NCBI RefSeq assembly: GCF_006345805.1
Contig: NC_043001.1
Location: 72,788,001-72,852,000 of the forward strand
DNA from: Octopus sinensis
Lineage: Eukaryota
Reading direction: 5' to 3'
Length of the DNA: 64,000 bases
Shown piece by piece: positions 61,945 to 64,000 of this stretch. Position numbers and translations under genes: made by a program. Within the stretch, counting starts at the first letter, position 1. Every line of letters starts with the position of its first letter. The notes under the pieces were generated by a model that was not told the DNA's origin, did no database searches, and was given only the letters and a program-made list of their open reading frames with translations.

Positions 61945-64000
61945 AGACAAGAGATACGATGGAGGGGAGCTTCAGCCAGGGTCCTCACGAGCAAGGCACA
62001 TATGTATAAAATCTTCTGGCAAGGTAACACGCTTGGAGTGGGGAGGTAAGCATAATCCTTGCAGAGAAATGGGTGGATAAGGTCATAGAGGTTGTCAGGG
62101 TATGCGATAGAGTGCTAAGCTCAGGCTAGTCCTGTAGAATAGTATAGCAACAATTATCTCTGCCTACGTCCCACAAGCGGGACTACCAAATGATAAGTAG
62201 GACCATTTTTATGATACCTCTCTACAGGCTACCTCAAAGACAAGTGGCAATGACCTAATCTTTGCGGCTGGATATTTTAATGGGCATGTTGGATGGCATC
62301 TGGTATCTTCACTGATGTACACAGGGGCCATTGTATTGGTTCCCAAAACAAAGAGGGAACTAGACTACTGGAGTTCTGTGATGCATGTAACCTTTTAATC
62401 TGCAACACTAACTTCAAGAAGCCAGACAGCCACCTGATGACCTATCAATCAGGTGGCTCTAATAGCCAGATTGATTTCATCTTCACCAGACAGCGGGAGG
62501 CATAGTTACTCTTAAATACAAAAACCCTTTCAGGTGAAGAACATAGCCCCCAACATAGACTAGTCATTAGTGACTTTAGACTCGAGGCCAGAAGGATGCC
62601 AAGAAGCAGACCAATCCAGAAAAGAAGTATTTGGAAACTAAAGAACCCTTCACATGGTCAGAAATTTAGGGACATCTTCATCAAGAAATCTGATGAGAGG
62701 GAGGCGGTGCTACAGACTTTGGACATAGAGGGTAACCAGAAATTCCTATGGGACAGCTTACTGAGTGCCACAGACGAAATCTGCAGCTGGTGCAAAGTTC
62801 CTTCCAGACCTAGAGTAACGTGGTGGTGGAATAATATGGTAGACAAAACCATTAGAACAAAGAAACAGGCTTGGAAAGCCTGGAAAAGTGATGGTAGCAG
62901 GGAACTGTACCAGATAGCCAGAAGGGAGGCTGGGTGACAGGTATACATAGCCAAGGGAGAAGCAGAAAAGAAGTTTGCCAATGTCCAGCGATTTGAGGAC
63001 CAAAGAACTGAAGTATTTGGGATTGCAAGATAGTGTGTGAGAGAAAATTGTGATGTCACAGGAGAGAAATGCATCTGCATGGATGATGGTGCACTTGCTT
63101 TTAATGATTCTGTAAAGAATGAGACTTGGAGAAGCCATTATGAAAGACTGCTGAACGTGGAGAATGAATGGGAGGAAGAGAGTCTGCTTAATATTGACCC
63201 AGTAGAGGGACTAGCTATCCAAATAGACAGTACCCAACTAGATAAAGCAATTAAAGGTATGAAGCCAGGAAAAGCCCCCAGTCCATCAGGAATCACTGAT
63301 GAGATGCTTAAAACACCTGGTGGTGTGGGCTATGGTCTAATCACCCATATTATAAACCAGGCAGTTCATGATGGAGTCATACCCAATGACTGGCATAGCA
63401 GAACCATAGACAACTGCTACAAAGGTAAAGATGATGCTTTAAATAGAAATAACTACAGGGGTGTCAAACTACTGGATCAGGAGATGAAGGTCATGGAGAG
63501 GGTCATAGCCCAACTAATTAGGGAGAGAGTCTGCTTTGATGAGATGCAGTTCAGCTTTGTGTCAGGTAGAAGCACCACTGATACTATATTCCTGGTACGG
63601 TATCTGAAGGAGAAATACCTAGCCAAAGATAAACCCCTATACTTGACTTTTGTGAACTTGGAGAAAGCCTTTGACAGGGACCCCTGCTCCCTTATCTGAT
63701 GGGTGATGTGGAAAATAGGGATTGACGAATGGTTAATAAGGCCCTATACAGAGATGCCGTTAGTAAGGTTTGGGTTATCAATGAGTATAGTGAAGAATTC
63801 TGGGCAGAAGTAGGGGTCCACCAAGAATCAGCCCTCAGCCCCTTTTATTCATCATAGTCCTCCAGGCAATAACAGAGGAATTCAAGACAGATTGCCCCTG
63901 GGAGCTCCTCTATGCTGATGACCTGTCCCTCATAGAAGAATCACTACCAGAACTAGAGAAGGAACTTGAAGTGTGGAAGCAAGGTTTAGAGTCGAAGAGC
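61945..64000 (+). mobile_element. Older RTE LINE (APE + RT), pseudogenised, runs off the window
   Basis: ISAYVPQ, GYFNGHVG, SQIDF, QHRLVI, TWWWN, GKAPSPSGI, NYRGVKLL, FVNLEKAFD, LLYADDL. Confidence 0.95.

Noticed and set aside
59989-64000. Second RTE ends at the same LESK motif where the first begins (permuted element)
   Set aside because: The second copy is simply cut by the window edge; the copies differ in age.

Overview
AT-rich animal genomic DNA, almost certainly a coleoid cephalopod (Octopus-like). This is inferred from the very dense (TA)n/(CA)n/(TATG)n microsatellites and the tRNA-derived SINE, RTE and Penelope repertoire. Nearly all ORFs in the supplied track are microsatellite artefacts or decayed transposon fragments; there is no intact prokaryote-type gene, RNA gene or CRISPR array. 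Contents: (1) a candidate unrecognised host gene on the minus strand with phase-compatible exons at 6041-1652; (2) a CpG-retaining zone at about 18.3-33.4 kb holding a multi-layer TE nest (Penelope invaded by a hAT/Buster element, itself invaded by two Gypsy LTR elements, plus a solo LTR), with TSDs readable for every insertion; (3) Tc1, mariner, hATm-like, piggyBac-MITE, Helitron, L2, CR1-like, HERO, R4/Dong-like and RTE remnants; (4) several sequence-unrelated short elements and fold-back palindromes carrying minimal type I hammerhead ribozymes, two with intact catalytic cores; (5) a young non-coding block with 10 x 157-bp G-rich tandem units plus two 327-bp direct repeats.
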